A DNA stretch of 64,000 nt from NCBI GenBank assembly GCA_951406725.2, contig OX597818.1, forward strand, positions 66,340,001 to 66,404,000, written 5' to 3'. How positions within the stretch are numbered: position 1 is the first letter of the stretch; each line of letters opens with the position of its first letter. The stretch comes from Octopus vulgaris (taxonomy: Eukaryota). The notes below the pieces were generated by a model, which saw only the letters and a program-made list of their open reading frames with translations, made no database searches and was not told the origin of the DNA. This document shows positions 12,761 to 28,212 of the stretch, in pieces. A program made the position numbers and the translations under genes.

Positions 12761-14980
12761 CTTCTGCATTTGGTGTTTTCTCTATCGCAGTAATTATGTT
12801 GCATCTTTCTTTTTCCTACCTTTAACACATAGTTACAGCATCCATCTGTATTTCTAACCGTTCTCCAATAACCCTCATTAAATTAAGTTCTATTTTTCTA
12901 CTAAGCTCCATTAATTTTGGTATCTCAATCGTAGTCTCAAATGCGACCGGAATTTTGCACCTTCATAGTTTATTTGTGCGTCTTTCGTAATTGATTCCTT
13001 CGTTTTTCCGAACATGCGTTTCCTATTATCATATCGTGCGTGTATTTCCCCTCTAGTATGGCTAATGCTTCATTCATGAGGACGTGCTCTTTGATTTGTG
13101 TGGCACGCACACACACACACACACACGCACGCACGCGATAACGTCTGAAGCAGACAAACACGGGCTGCGTAACGGACTAAGATGAAAGTGACTGAAAAGC
13201 GTGTAAGTAGCATCAAAAGAGGTTTCACAAAGAAAAACAAGACAAATGATTTACTGTTTAACCAAATTAAATCAACAATTGATTACATGGTCTATATTAA
13301 AACAATTAACTAATTACAAAGTAGTGGATTGAAACCAGTAGCATATTGACACTTACTAAATAAAACAAATGTTTCAATACACGAATCCACATAAGTACTC
13401 TTGCAAACTGGATAAAAAATATACAAAATATAAAGCTGTTTGCAGTGAATGCAAAAGAAACATTATACGACAAAGATTCTACGTTCAAATGCGAGTAAAT
13501 ATTTTCCTATATTTTAACAAGATATATGCTTCATTTTATATCTGATTTTACTACTCTGCCCTCGTGATTTCAAAGATAATAAAATATGACTGGAAGTCTA
13601 CGTAACGTGAAATAAAACCGAGAAATGTGTTCATAAATCTGTTCTTTTCTTTTAAGTTTAAAGTCACTCTATTGGTAATATATTTGTGATGATATTTTAC
13701 ATTGATTTCAGCAATATTTGTTGTCTCATCCATGATTCGTGCATCAAATGTGTTACTTCTTGCTACTCGTTCCCTTCAATATTATTTTGTACTGCCACGA
13801 ATATTTCAAGCCTTCCGTAATTGATTATGCATATCACCTTTGATCGCTTCATATTGATATCTGGATGCAATACAATATCGTGCGATATTCATAGCACATG
13901 ACTTCACATCTAATGCCATGCAGTCATTGAACGTTAGGCAAGAACGGAGGATTGATTGCTAAAAGAAAATTTGTTTACATATGTTTTTCTTTTTAATGTC
14001 TAAATACAATATATATTGGAGAGACTACTGAAACAGGAATAGCGACAAATTTGAGTTACATTTAGATAAAGAGTATGTAATATATTATCACGTAGTTTAT
14101 CCCACAGAATCACCTCTGTAACAACTAGCACAAAAATGAAAAATATAATGCTGATATAGTTTCATCGGGTATATTTCTGTATAAGTGAGTTGTAAAATAT
14201 TGCTGTGTTTTTGAGATCTCGGGTGGAAAAATAACATTTATGAAGTGTATAATATTTAGGTATACTGTCTTGTTTTGAAATAATAGTATGTTATGTTTAT
14301 TTGATATATAGTCGTAATTGATTAAAATGTATGCGTTGTTTTTTCACTAGATGCCAATTTTCTCCTCGAAAGTTTGATTTATTTTGCACAAATTTATATT
14401 CATCAATTACAATTATTGCTGATATTTAATGACAAATAATTTAAAGCGTTCAATGAAATAGTTTCGAGTACGTCACTTCACATTTGCTATTCCTATGACT
14501 TGAGGGCGTACATCTAAATGTCTCGCACTCTGTAAACATTGTCCCAAACGCGCACACTTTAGACAACTATATAAACCATCGACGTATGAGAGATTATCAT
14601 GTTGATGGAAAGGTTCTTAGAAACTATGGTAATAGCAATGCTCTGGAGTGGCAATCTATATAGAAATGTCTTATTCACGTAAGAAGATCATGTCGCAAAA
14701 CTCGTAATTTTATTTCCAGAGCAAGAATAGAAAATACATCCGATTTAGTAGATTCATAAATAAAGATAATCCTGAATGGCGGGCAAGAAAACATGCAAAA
14801 GGAAATGCAAGAAGAGAGAAGATTAGAAACGGTGTAAAAATAAAACCTACAAGGTTATACTGACATTGATGATGATGATGATGATGATAGATTGCACAGT
14901 AATCTTCCAGAAAACATGATGGTGGTTTCATGCAAGTCAACAATAGGGAGTTTCAGTTCAAGTCTGTCTCTGGGGCAGCA

Positions 14981-15292
14981 TTTTATTATTATTTGTTTTT
15001 AAACTCAAATGAATGCAATCTGCAGAAAACGGTATCATGCTATCTGTTCTTTTTAACTCTCTAATACTTACCTGAGTATTCTGGCCGTGTCAACGAGGCA
15101 AAACGTTTATAGCAACTCTGCAGAGTTCTCTATTCCAATTTTCTGTGTGTTCCTCTTGTGTTCCTCTTGGTGTCTTCTGATACTGTTCCCAAGGACCCAA
15201 TGTTAATTGGTATTATTTTAACCTTCTTCGTTTCCTGTAACGGGGCTTTTTCCTATTTAGTATGTCTAGCTTTTTGTCTTCTGTGCTGACTA
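14981..15292 (-). mobile_element. R4/Dong-clade non-LTR retrotransposon 3' fragment (degraded)
   Basis: Minus frames KKVKIIPINIGSLGTV and CLVDTARILR*VLES; the 3' UTR ends in aataataa. Confidence 0.65.
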
Positions 15293-15311
15293 TTGGTAGG
15301 TGAAAGGGCAC

Positions 15312-15326
15312 ATAATGATAATAATG

Positions 15327-15393
<67 letters not shown>

Positions 15394-15428
15394 TAATAAT
15401 AATAATGATGATGATGATGATGATAATG

Positions 15429-15513
<85 letters not shown>

Positions 15514-15539
15514 TAATAATAATAATGATGATGATGATG

Positions 15540-15615
<76 letters not shown>
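15312..15615. repeat. (AAT)n/(GAT)n microsatellite with 120-bp internal duplication
   Basis: 15361-15420 is identical to 15481-15540. Confidence 0.95.
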
Positions 15616-16097
<482 letters not shown>

Positions 16098-16098
<1 letters not shown>

Positions 16099-16680
16099 AG
16101 ATATACGGTGTATACATTCAGTGTTGATATCAGAATGGAGTTGGGACAGAAAATGGTTGGTGTGTTACTCTTGAAGAGAGGCAAAATTAAATGTATAGAA
16201 AGGCTAACGAGACAGTCGGAGGAGGTTATGAAGCAAATAGAAGAGACGGGCTATAATTACTTGGGGATATTGGAAATGGATAAATTGATGGAGAAAGAAA
16301 TGACGGAAAATTTGAAAATGGAATACTTGCGCAGACTGAGACTTATTCTCAATTCGAAATTAAACGGACGGAATAAGATTGAAGTTATCAACACCTGGGC
16401 GGTTTTACTCCTTAGATTTGGATCAGGGGTAATTGCATGGACAGTAGAGGAACTAAACCGCTTAGACAGAAAGACAAGGAGATCCCTTGTAGATATGTGA
16501 TACTCCACCCAAAAAGGTACTCAGACAGACTGTATACACCAAGGAAAAGAGGACTGATTGGATGCGAACACAGCATTAGAGCAGTAGAAAACAACATAGC
16601 ATGGTGTGTAAAAAATGCCACAAAACAGCTATTATTGGAAGTAAGAACGTCGGGTTTGTGTAGGATGGAAGATTGCAAAT
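16098..16680 (+). mobile_element. R4/Dong-clade RT C-terminal fragment
   Basis: FSVDIRMELG, GYNYLGILE, EYLRRLRLILNSKLNGRNKIEVINTWAV, WTVEELNRLDRKTR, LHPK..SDRLYTPRKRGLI. Confidence 0.88.
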
Positions 16681-18447
16681 ATTATTATAGCTCTTACATA
16701 TATTTCATCAACACTAATCCTGCTATCTTGTGATTTGCTACAAATACTTAAGCGATTTTACTCTCTTTACCATTGACTAACCATTGCCTTCTTTCGTGTA
16801 TATTATAGTGCTACGAGTCTAGTCCCAGTCTATGATTTCTGAGCTTGCTTACCTGAGTCACTTCACTGTAAACACTATCAAACCTCCACCTTAATTTGTT
16901 TTTATGTAGTGTACATGTTCGTATCTAGATTATTGTTGCATAGATTTTCCTTTGAACCTAAAATATGTTTCTAAGATGGAGCTTTATATATTCCACAAGC
17001 ATTATTTCTTTCCCAGATATTAATCATTCGCTAGTCACTGAAATTTCAGAAGCTTTTCCCCTCTTCATTGAATAAATACATGGAGAATACTTTCAAATTA
17101 GCTTACACGAAGCACGTTGCAAATGATGTTCGTCCCCGGGTTACTGCTGTACTGTTTGGGCATACATACAATTTTCCACATCCGTGAATGAGCACTCTTT
17201 ATATGACTGACGCATCTCTTATAGTCTGCCTTCAGTGTTGCTGTGTTTTATGATTAAAGCTATATTTGTCCGTAATGCCATCATTTGAAAGCTCGATTTT
17301 TCTAACATGACAACCTAATTTTCTTCTCTTTCACCCTGTCTTTTTACCCATACGATTATATATTTCAGCAAATATACAAATCAATATTCCGAATAGCTAT
17401 AAGTTTTAGTCTTTCGCATATTTGTGTCTCTCCAAATGTGTCATACAAAAAGTAGGCTTCACATTAAAGCTTATAATTCTTTATTTCCAGTAATTCATTA
17501 ATCCATATCAGTCTCTGATGCTCGTTAAAGCGATGTCAATGAATGTTTTTCTCTACATAATCGCCGTATACGATATCCGAAATAAGCTTAAACAGATAAG
17601 TATCAGACAGACACGGCTAATACTTTACCAGCGCGTGTGTACCGATAAGATTATTTTCTCATTCCCGTCTTCTTTATACATAGTATTATTGTTTGCAACG
17701 CTACTTTCCTACTGCAAACACACATCAACGTCTCATGGACATAAAAATAGCAATTTAAGACCTCATTGTGCACAATTAGATTTATCACATTGGTAACTTT
17801 GTAAGGTAACTGGTAGGTTTGTGGCACAATAGCTGTAAAAGAGTTATGAAATGTTGTCTTCAGCAAACTTAAGCACGGTTGACAAAGTATGGTGGCTAAC
17901 ATTACTACGATAATGTGTATGCTATATACATAATCGCCTAGAGCGAAAATATTTTATTCGTTTTTATATAGATAATACACGCATAAAGTCTCTTTCAATC
18001 AGTTGATAGCATGCCTATTTTGTATTTACGATTTATAGGTCTGCATAACAATTGTCTGCACCTTTGAAACGAAAAGTTTCATTTCGTCTTCCTATCACAT
18101 CCATTCATTAACATTTTCGTCCGCTTCATTTATTAAAACTGAATTTTAACGAATAATGATGTAAGTGTCAATTATCTATCGTGTTCCATCTGGGTGGAAT
18201 TGATTGCAATTGGCAGACATACAAGTTCTTGTTTATAGACGGACATATCGGCATATGGGATATCCTCAAACGGATGGATATCATCAGAAAATGAGGACAT
18301 ATACAGAATAGATATTAGTCCTATCTAACGAATTAAGCAGGCGAAACATATGCTATGTTAATAGATGTTTAAGATTAGATTTCTAATAGAAATAAAAAAA
18401 TATATAAATATATTTCAACAACATCCTTATTAATAAAAAGTCTATTT

Positions 18448-18855
18448 GTGGCTGTGTGGTAAGTAGCTTGCTAACCAACAACATGGTTCCGGGTTCAGTC
18501 CCACTGCGTGGCATCTTGGGCAAGTGTCTTCTACCTATAGCCCCGGGCCGACCAATGCCTTGTGAGTGGATTTGGTAGACGGAAACTGAAAGAAGCCTGT
18601 CGTATATATGTATATGTATATATATGTATGTGTGTGTTTGTGTGTATGTGTTTGTTCCCTAGCATTGCTTGACAACCGATGCTGGTGTGTTTACGTCCCC
18701 GTCACCTAGCGGTTCGGCAAAAGAGACCGATAGAATAAGTACTGGGCTTACAAAAGAATAAGTCCCGGGGTCGATTTGCTTGACTAAAGGCGGTGCTCCA
18801 GCATGGCCGCAGTCAAATGACCGAAACAAGTAAAAGAGTAAAAGAGTAAAGAGAG
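18448..18855 (+). mobile_element. SINE family A (octopus-type tRNA-derived SINE), near full length
   Basis: A box gtggctgtgtggtaag, B-box-like gggttcagtccc, central TA/TG tract, tail ggcggtgctccagcatggccgcagtc...gtaaaagagtaaaagag. Highly similar to 34244-34656 and 49158-49577. Confidence 0.93.
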
Positions 18856-19877
18856 TTTATTTAAACTGTTTTACTCTCCATAAAAGACATTAGTTCTCCC
18901 AATTTACCATGAAATACAGTCATTTTTTCCTTTCCATTTACATACATCTACATTTATGAAGCTCTTCAGTAACGTTGTAGCTATTTTAGGAGGCGCTTCA
19001 CTACAGCCAATGCAGTTTAGCGTTGAAATCTTATTTCTCCGTATTTTGTCTTTAAATTTATCCAATAAATTATCCTCGATTACATTCGTTTGGTTGTATC
19101 TTTCATGGAAATTATATTCCATGACTCTCTACATTATTATTAAACTGCCTTTTCTGAAATTCTGCCACAGGCTACCACAAAATGCTTCATACATTGTCAG
19201 ATTACAAAGCACATTTTCCATTCTTACGCCATTTTCTATTTCCTTTTCCTATTTTTTTCTATTTCTTTCTGCTTTTCTTCATAAAGCTGTCTGCATTGTA
19301 ACTACATTTGTCTTGGTGCTGAATCTTCTCTCTAGTTGAATTACCATTCTTTTCCATTGTTTCGGATATTGCGTTTGTAAGCTAAGAATTCCCATGGATT
19401 ACTTTAATTTAGTCAGTTAAGCAGTGTTCCTACACATTTAACATTTCCTCACTGTTGTGTTCCGCTCGAATAGTCAACCTTACAATTTGCCAAACTCTTG
19501 CTAAACGCTCTCACGACTGGTTTACCTTTGAGCTGACAGTCAATATTGATTATTTTACAAACCTTTAGTTTCTACATCTCGCTGTTCTCTGTTGCTGCAT
19601 AGTAACGATCAAGCACTTTAACACTGAGGACAGATTTTTGCCATTTTATGACAAATGGTGATTCTATTGCTTGAATTGGATTGAACGGAAACCGAAGAAC
19701 AGGGTATGCTGGCATGAGCAGTTTAGTTTAAAATATCGCATCGTTCTTCATTGTTGCTTTTACTAGCAGAAGAATTACATTATTTTCAGTTGGAAATTTT
19801 GAAAAATGTGTTCCACTGCCTGAATGTATATTTCCAAAACTAAAATACTATTCCAAGTGTTCTTTATTTGCTAATAG

Positions 19878-20375
<498 letters not shown>

Positions 20376-21029
20376 TGAAAAAGAACTGCGAACAGCGGAA
20401 GCGAACATCAGCAACGATGTTTATTTTGCTTTTCATTTGTATGTGTTGCTGAGTGCAGAAAAATTATTAGTTGGATAGTTTACAAAAATGGTGGAACTAA
20501 GCCGAAAATGAATGAGAAGCGACAGGAAAAGAACGATTCACCCACTTAACAGCATATTATGAATGTGGTTGGAAAAGGACCGTTATTACTGTAAGACACA
20601 TACGTCTAAGATTACTGTGGCTAACTATGTAAAATGACAACCCTCTGCAATTACTTCCCCCCGACAACTGTCATAGGATTGCCAGCCACCGTGTTCACAA
20701 CCTTCATCTATTTTCCACCAATATTTATCGACGCATTTTCTGCTACATGTTATTACTTAGTTGTGCTTCGATTGAAGATGTAAAAATAATTAATGTGGTC
20801 ATTCTCGATGAAATATTCTCTTGTTTTTAGTCACATACGCCTCTCCGAATATAGCGAAGGTTATACGAATGATATGCAAAAGCGAGTTAACCTCTTCACT
20901 CACCTAAAATCAGGGAGCAGTTCAATCTATAGGTTAGACACATGACGGCAGGTGCTCTGTAATAATTCGTTTTTTTCTGTTAGAAAGTTAAGGTTTACCA
21001 TAGGCTGCGAAATAAAACAACTCCAGATG

Positions 21030-21039
21030 GAGTAGTAAT

Positions 21040-21128
<89 letters not shown>

Positions 21129-21169
21129 CGGCGATGGTGGTCGTGGTGATGATGATATCTATAATAAAC

Positions 21170-21211
<42 letters not shown>

Positions 21212-21299
21212 CAACGTGAACTTCCAACCTGTTGTTTCTTGAGAATTCTGGGTGAGACTTGGAGCCAACTTGTACAAATATAATGCAAAAGTCAAACAT

Positions 21300-21330
<31 letters not shown>

Positions 21331-21370
21331 TGATAATAATATAAACAATAACAACGACAACAACAAAATA
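21030..21370. repeat. (ATT)n/(AGT)n/(AAT)n microsatellite cluster
   Basis: Directly visible. Confidence 0.9.
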
Positions 21371-21391
21371 TCAATTAATAATTAGGTGTAC

Positions 21392-21713
21392 TAGGAAGCA
21401 GTAGCCGCATGCTGACATAGCCGTCAAAGCACAAGTGTCACCAAACACAAAGTTGAAATGGGGCATATAAATAGAACCCCTAAGAACCCCTATAACCGAG
21501 CGTCTGCCAATGCTCATTGGAGAGAAATAACAGTTGGAAATCACAGGTGATCCGAGTATGTTTGCTTTTCAACTTCCGACCCTTTCGTTATTGGGATGAG
21601 TTCTTAGGTTTTTATTCACTTGCAAGACCTCAACTTCGTCTTTAGTGATAGCTTGTAGCTTGGACAGTTTGACTGCTATGTCACTTTGCTGCTACGGCTT
21701 GCTGCTTTCCTAA
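21392..21713. mobile_element. old MITE-like element with degenerate ~65-85 bp inverted termini
   Basis: Left taggaagcagtagccg..tgacatagccgtcaaa..caagtgtcaccaaacacaaagtt versus reverse complement of right taggaaagcagcaagccg..tgacatagcagtcaaa..caagctatcactaaagacgaagtt. Confidence 0.65.
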
Positions 21714-21723
21714 ATTATTAACT

Positions 21724-21794
<71 letters not shown>

Positions 21795-21849
21795 GTGTGT
21801 GTGTGTGTGTCTGTGTGTATAAGGATGAAAAGAAACACACGAGTTGATA

Positions 21850-22010
21850 TATATGAAAAAACAAGTCAAGATAGAAAATGCTAAAATAATTTTATAAAGA
21901 AAGTTTCAATACCGGTTTCAACCATTTGAGAGCTTTTCAACTGTAACGATTAAATAATTAAATTTAGAAAAATTAAAAGAAAAGTTTTTTAAAAGAATAT
22001 TTGTATAGTG
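21850..22010 (-). mobile_element. AT-rich repeat with minimal hammerhead motif (U3:A8 core), copy 2
   Basis: Minus strand gttacag-TTGAAAA-gctctcaaatggtt-GAAACCGGTA-ttgaaac (21903-21947); homologous to 11452-11610. Confidence 0.6.
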
Positions 22011-22179
22011 TTCAAATATAAGTGGCATTTTCCTTGTTTCTGTCTCTCTTGTTTACCCTTGTGGGTTCGAGGTCGTATATTTCCCTTACTCCAATTGGTA
22101 TAGAAATCATTTAATTTCTTAGTAATCTGTGCAGCTAAAATTTGTGAGGAAATCGGCAAAGGCACTCATGCTTTGTACG

Positions 22180-22296
22180 CAGAGGGTTTCTTTTGTCGAA
22201 ACGCTACGTTTTTGAGACATAAACACATAAATATTGGTTACTAAGCTATGGGGGAAGGACAAACACAAACATGAAGAGACACACACTTTTTTACCA

Positions 22297-22340
<44 letters not shown>

Positions 22341-22359
22341 GTATATACATAGACATGTA

Positions 22360-22393
<34 letters not shown>

Positions 22394-23470
22394 AAATGTA
22401 CAGGGTGCGGTGAATGTGTTATCATCAAATTACTCCAAAATTAAGATAACATTAGCATCAAATTTTAACATATATTTACCAAATTTACATAAAAATATTT
22501 TGAAATAATAAAGAGTAAATTATTAAAAAAAGTCGCTATTGGCTTCAAACACTGCCTCAATATATGTATGTACATGGCTTCAACCACGTCTGCATGGGAA
22601 TTGGGATTCTCCTGCCACTATTTCGGTTGGTCTCCTTGAATTTGATGGTGAATGCTGCCATAATCCTTGTCTTGAATTAATATTTTCTGTTCCAGGGAAT
22701 TTTATTAATCTCTCGCTCAAACGCGCCCGAAATATAGTTATCAAGTGGATAACAATCTGGGGAGTTAGGTGGCAAAATGTTAGTGAAGATGTGGTCGCGA
22801 AAATTGTCTGACAGCAATGACTGGATTCTCCTACTTGTGTGGCATGGTGCAGAGTCCAGTTGCCTGACAGTGGGTCATCCAGTAGCAAATTTCCTGTCTC
22901 AGAGCCTCACTAATTCCTCTAGGCAGTTGATGTAGACATCTACGTTTAGTTTGAAACCGTATATAAAGCCGAATAGGAGCGTAACACTGCCATCACCAGT
23001 TATGCTATCAAAGCCTTGATGTCCATTAGATGTTTGATTTTTATCGCTCTAGGTACATGTCCTCGGATTGCACTGTCCTGAAATTAACACACAAACACTT
23101 TGAAATATTCTCATTGGAGTTTCCGTAGTGAATGCCAAGCAATTGGGCATGTCGTTTACTATTGTCTAACAAATTGAATTGCGTCATTCTGTGTTTTTCT
23201 CCCAAATGATGCCCACCTGTCCCGTAAGCAAGACAATTTAAACCCCAAAATGCTCAAGCGCCAAAAAATGTCAGTAATTTGAACATCGACCTTGTATACA
23301 AGTACGTATATATATATATATATATATATAAAGGCTTCTTTCAGTTTCCATTAACATTTCAATTCGATGGTCGGCTCGAGATTATAATAGTAGACACATG
23401 AATAAGGTGCCACATAATAAGACTAAATCCGGGACAGCTTGGCTGGGAATCGAGCGTGCTTCCACACAGG
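22180..23470 (-). mobile_element. old SINE family A copy split by the maT insertion (3' part ~22180-22290, head ~23332-23470)
   Basis: tttcttttgtcgaaacgcta...gggggaaggacaaacacaaac and ggcttctttcagtttcc...ggtcggctcgagattata...aaggtgccac are consecutive parts of the family A minus strand. Confidence 0.6.
22401..23294 (-). mobile_element. maT (DD37D) Tc1/mariner-superfamily transposon relic, internally deleted
   Basis: Minus frame (not in the ORF track): QLDSAPCHTSRRIQSLLSDNFRDHIFTNILPPNSPDCYPLDNYISGAFEREINK, with 37 residues between the D's. Ends ta|cagggtgcgg and gaccttg|ta. Confidence 0.85.
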
Positions 23471-23483
23471 AATGCTTGTGCTT

Positions 23484-23912
<429 letters not shown>

Positions 23913-24294
23913 TTTTGTTAATGTAGTTCCTATTTAATTTAAGTTTAAAGGTATACATTGAAAGCTCATATAATTAAAATAAATGATGCGAATTATATAA
24001 TATGATTTCCGTAGCTATAAAAATTTAAACGAAAATAACTTCACTAATCATTTACGAAGAAACATGACTCACTGAGAGCAGACAAAATAAGAGAGCCATA
24101 AAAAAATTATCCGGTGTTATCGCGAATTAACATCTCCAATTTTATTACAAAAATACAAATTTTAGATCAATGATTTGACAAAATATATGTTTTGCGCTAA
24201 ACGTTAGCACCTCTTACATGTTGATTACATTACAACTGTTAAACTATTGACGACATATGATAAGAACACATTACAGGTAAACGTACACCGTACA

Positions 24295-24501
24295 TGTAAT
24301 ATACATACACATATATATACACGTATGTATATATATAATATACACACACAAATGTATATATATTTATATTTATTTACATACATACGTGATTAAATAGATA
24401 CATATGTATATATATAAATGCATACGTACACACACACACTTATATATATATATACATATTTATACATATGTAGATATGTATAGTATATATATATATGTGT
24501 G

Positions 24502-24566
<65 letters not shown>

Positions 24567-24590
24567 GTATATATGTATATGTATATATGG

Positions 24591-24679
<89 letters not shown>

Positions 24680-24680
24680 T
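24295..24680. repeat. (TA)n-rich microsatellite
   Basis: Directly visible. Confidence 0.95.
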
Positions 24681-24821
24681 ATGTATTTCTTTAAAAACTT
24701 CACAATCTGATATGTGTATGGTTAGACGTAAATATACATCGATTAGCGCAATTATCACCGCCATGACTATTGAAGCAGCTGCTGCCACTCTGTTGCTGCT
24801 GCTAATACTGCTGACAATAAA

Positions 24822-24822
24822 C

Positions 24823-24884
<62 letters not shown>

Positions 24885-25239
24885 AAGAAAAGAAGAAGAA
24901 CGAGTAGAAAAAGAAAAAAGAGGAAAAGAAAGTAGTAGTAGTACTAGCAGAAGCAGCAGCAGCAGCAGTAGTAGTAATAGTAAAGAAGAAGAAGAAGAAG
25001 AAGAAGAAGAAGACGAAGAAGAAGAAGAAGAAACAGAAGAAGAAGAAGAAGGTAAAGAAGAAGAAGGTGAAGAAGAAGAAGGTGAAGAAGAAGAAGAAGA
25101 AGAAGAAGAAGAAGACGAAGAAGAAGAAACAGAAGAAGAAGAAGAAGGTGAAGAAGAAGAAGGTGAAGAAGAAGAAGAAGACGAAGAAGAAGAAGAAGAA
25201 GAAGAAGAAGAAGAAGAAGAAGAAGAAGAAGAAGAAGAA

Positions 25240-25270
<31 letters not shown>
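24822..25270. repeat. (AAT)n then long (GAA)n-based compound repeat
   Basis: Directly visible; variant units ggtgaa/gacgaa/acagaa recur. Confidence 0.95.
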
Positions 25271-25524
25271 AATGTTTACATGTTCAATACAACATCAACG
25301 ATGTTGTTTCGAAAATACATGGAGATTTTTTTTTTTATTAGAAAAGAATGGGTCTTTATTAGGAAGAATGAAAATAAAATGCACGATGGCTTTTTCGAAG
25401 TTGCACAGCGTTACAGACATTCCCCACGAAAAGAGATGAACGATGGTTTATAAATGAAAGATGTATCTCATCCAATTCGTAATCGAGAATTTTGAAATAT
25501 TTTCAGATGTAACTGAAATTTTAT

Positions 25525-25990
25525 CGGTAAAACTAGCATTCGTATGACAAATGCTTCTGCCCAAACCACATGGGTTTCGGTTCACTCCCGCTACGTAGCA
25601 ACATGGGGGAATGCTTCTCCTCTAACATCGGGACGACCAAAGTCTTGTGACTCGGTGTGATAGACGAAAACCGAAAGACGCCTGTCTCAAATGCGTATAT
25701 GCACGCGGCATGCGGGCCTCTGCGTTCGGAAGCACGTATGTCAATTATATTCGTGTATTTGTGTGTGAGAGTGTCTGCCTCCGTGTTTGACCCCTACCAC
25801 AGGTTGACAACCGATGTTCGTTTGTATACTTCCCTGTAAGTTAGTGTTTTATGAAAAAGAATCAGAATGTATAAGGACCAGATATGAAGAACAATAAACA
25901 CTGGGGATCGATTTTTTTTATTAAACACTTCAAGGCGGTGCTCTAACATGGCCGCAAACCAATGACAAGAAAATGTAAATGAAAAGGGGA
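25525..25990 (+). mobile_element. degraded SINE family A
   Basis: aaccacatgggtttcggttcactcccgctacg...gacgaaaaccgaaagacgcc...ttgacaaccgatgtt...aaggcggtgctctaacatggccgca. Confidence 0.8.
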
Positions 25991-25999
25991 AAGTAATGT

Positions 26000-26141
26000 C
26001 AGAGGATTATACATTATTTAAATTATTTCCATTTGACGGACATTGTCCTCATCTTGATTGTTATTATTATTCAGGCCACTGCATGTAAGCGAACTCGGAA
26101 TCTTAGGGTTTGTAGCCTGCGATCTTAACCACTACCCCATA
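26000..26141 (-). mobile_element. SINE family D, internally deleted (head, short AAT, tail)
   Basis: Minus strand: ggggtagtggttaagatcgcagg...aagattccgagttcg...gtggcctgaataataat..caagatgaggacaatgtccgtcaaatggaaataat. Confidence 0.75.
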
Positions 26142-26146
26142 TTATT

Positions 26147-26688
<542 letters not shown>

Positions 26689-27749
26689 AGAGGATTGAAC
26701 TTTGATTTTAACTCACAGAACCATTTTTTTAATCATTATGTGATGGTAGTGGACTTCATACGGCACCAAAAATTGATTCACTATGCTTTTATGTATTCAA
26801 ATAAAAAACTCTCAAGAGTTGTATTAGCATAATGCACATATCGGAGATAAACATTGAAGTCTCTGCATATCTAACATCATTTGCTGAATCGTAATATTAT
26901 TTTTTCGAAGTTTTACGTCAGAGAAACAAGGATACATTTAATAAGTTTCAATTAGGAAATGACAGAACTGAAAAAGCATTTTTCAACTTTTGTTTTTTAC
27001 CCCAAAATTAACTGGAGTAACGACGTCAACTTGACTTTATATGAGATTTTCAGAGAGCAAAACTAATTATTTGATGTGATTCCTAACCATTCTTCAAATG
27101 TGACAATAAGATTTACATAGCTAAGAAAATAATTAAATCTAAGCTGACATGATTTGTCTGAGTGCAATTGAAATGGCGGTTGACAATAAAATTGTTAATG
27201 ATATTTCAAGGATGAAAAACATTCGCTTTTCTTCTAAGTTCTTTTGTTTGGTCTCTTTCTTGACATGCTTCAGAAATAATGTAAAGTACTTAACTGTCAA
27301 CTAACTGCAATTAAAATAAAGTTCAACAGCGATTATTTGAAAAGTATCTTGAAAAATTAATGAATTAGTGTAAGTAGAACGCACTTTTCTTTTTGATTCC
27401 TGAAATGATATCGTTTTTTTCTCTCACTAAGACTTATATCCTACTTTTCCAAAAGAAGAAGAAATATTATGGAAGTCTTTTAAGTTTAGAACCTAAATGA
27501 ACGTGAAAAATTTACTTTGATCTCTTTTCGATGCTTATACTTCTCTGAAAGTGTAGAGTCCTTAGGTTATTGTCCGCACTTGCTTATGAAATGCGACTTG
27601 TGAAGTCAAATTGGTTAAGTTTAACACTGGGAAATATGGAACTGATCTTATGCAGCATGAAAGGTGGAGGTTCGATACTTTACTGACTGAATCTCCACCT
27701 CGGACTGTGACTGCGGTGAAGCAACGGTTTTTAAAAGTCGGTAAGAAAT

Positions 27750-28212
27750 ATGCGTGTGTATGTATGTATGTGTGTGTGCGTGCGTGGATGTGTGTGTGCG
27801 TTGCCTGCGTATGTTTATGTACATGTTTGTGAGTGTGTGAATATGTGTGTGTCCGTGTGTCCGTGCTTGTTTTGCGGGGGTGCGTGTGTTTGTATGTATG
27901 TGTGTGTTTGTGTGTGTGTGTTTGTACGTGTGTGTTTAGGTGTGTGTTTGTGTGTGAGTGTGCGTGCTTTTGTGTGTGCGTGTGCGTGGTGTTTGTGCGT
28001 GTGTGTGTGTTTGTACGGTTGTGTGTGTGTTTGCGTGTGTGCATGCGTGTGTTTATGTGTGTTTGTTTACGTGCGTGTATTTGTGTGAGTGTGTGTGTGC
28101 GTGCCTCTACTTTGATTTGCATGGGTGTGTGTGCTTGTATGCATGTGCGTGTGTGTGTGAGTTTGTTTGTGCGTGTGTATGTGTGCATGTATGAGTTTGT
28201 GTGTGTGTGTAT
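27750..28212. repeat. cryptic (GT)n/(GTGC)n microsatellite
   Basis: Directly visible. Confidence 0.92.

Noticed and set aside
24390-25453. 280-aa Glu-rich and Lys-rich ORFs
   Set aside because: Entirely (TA)n, (AAT)n and (GAA)n repeats.
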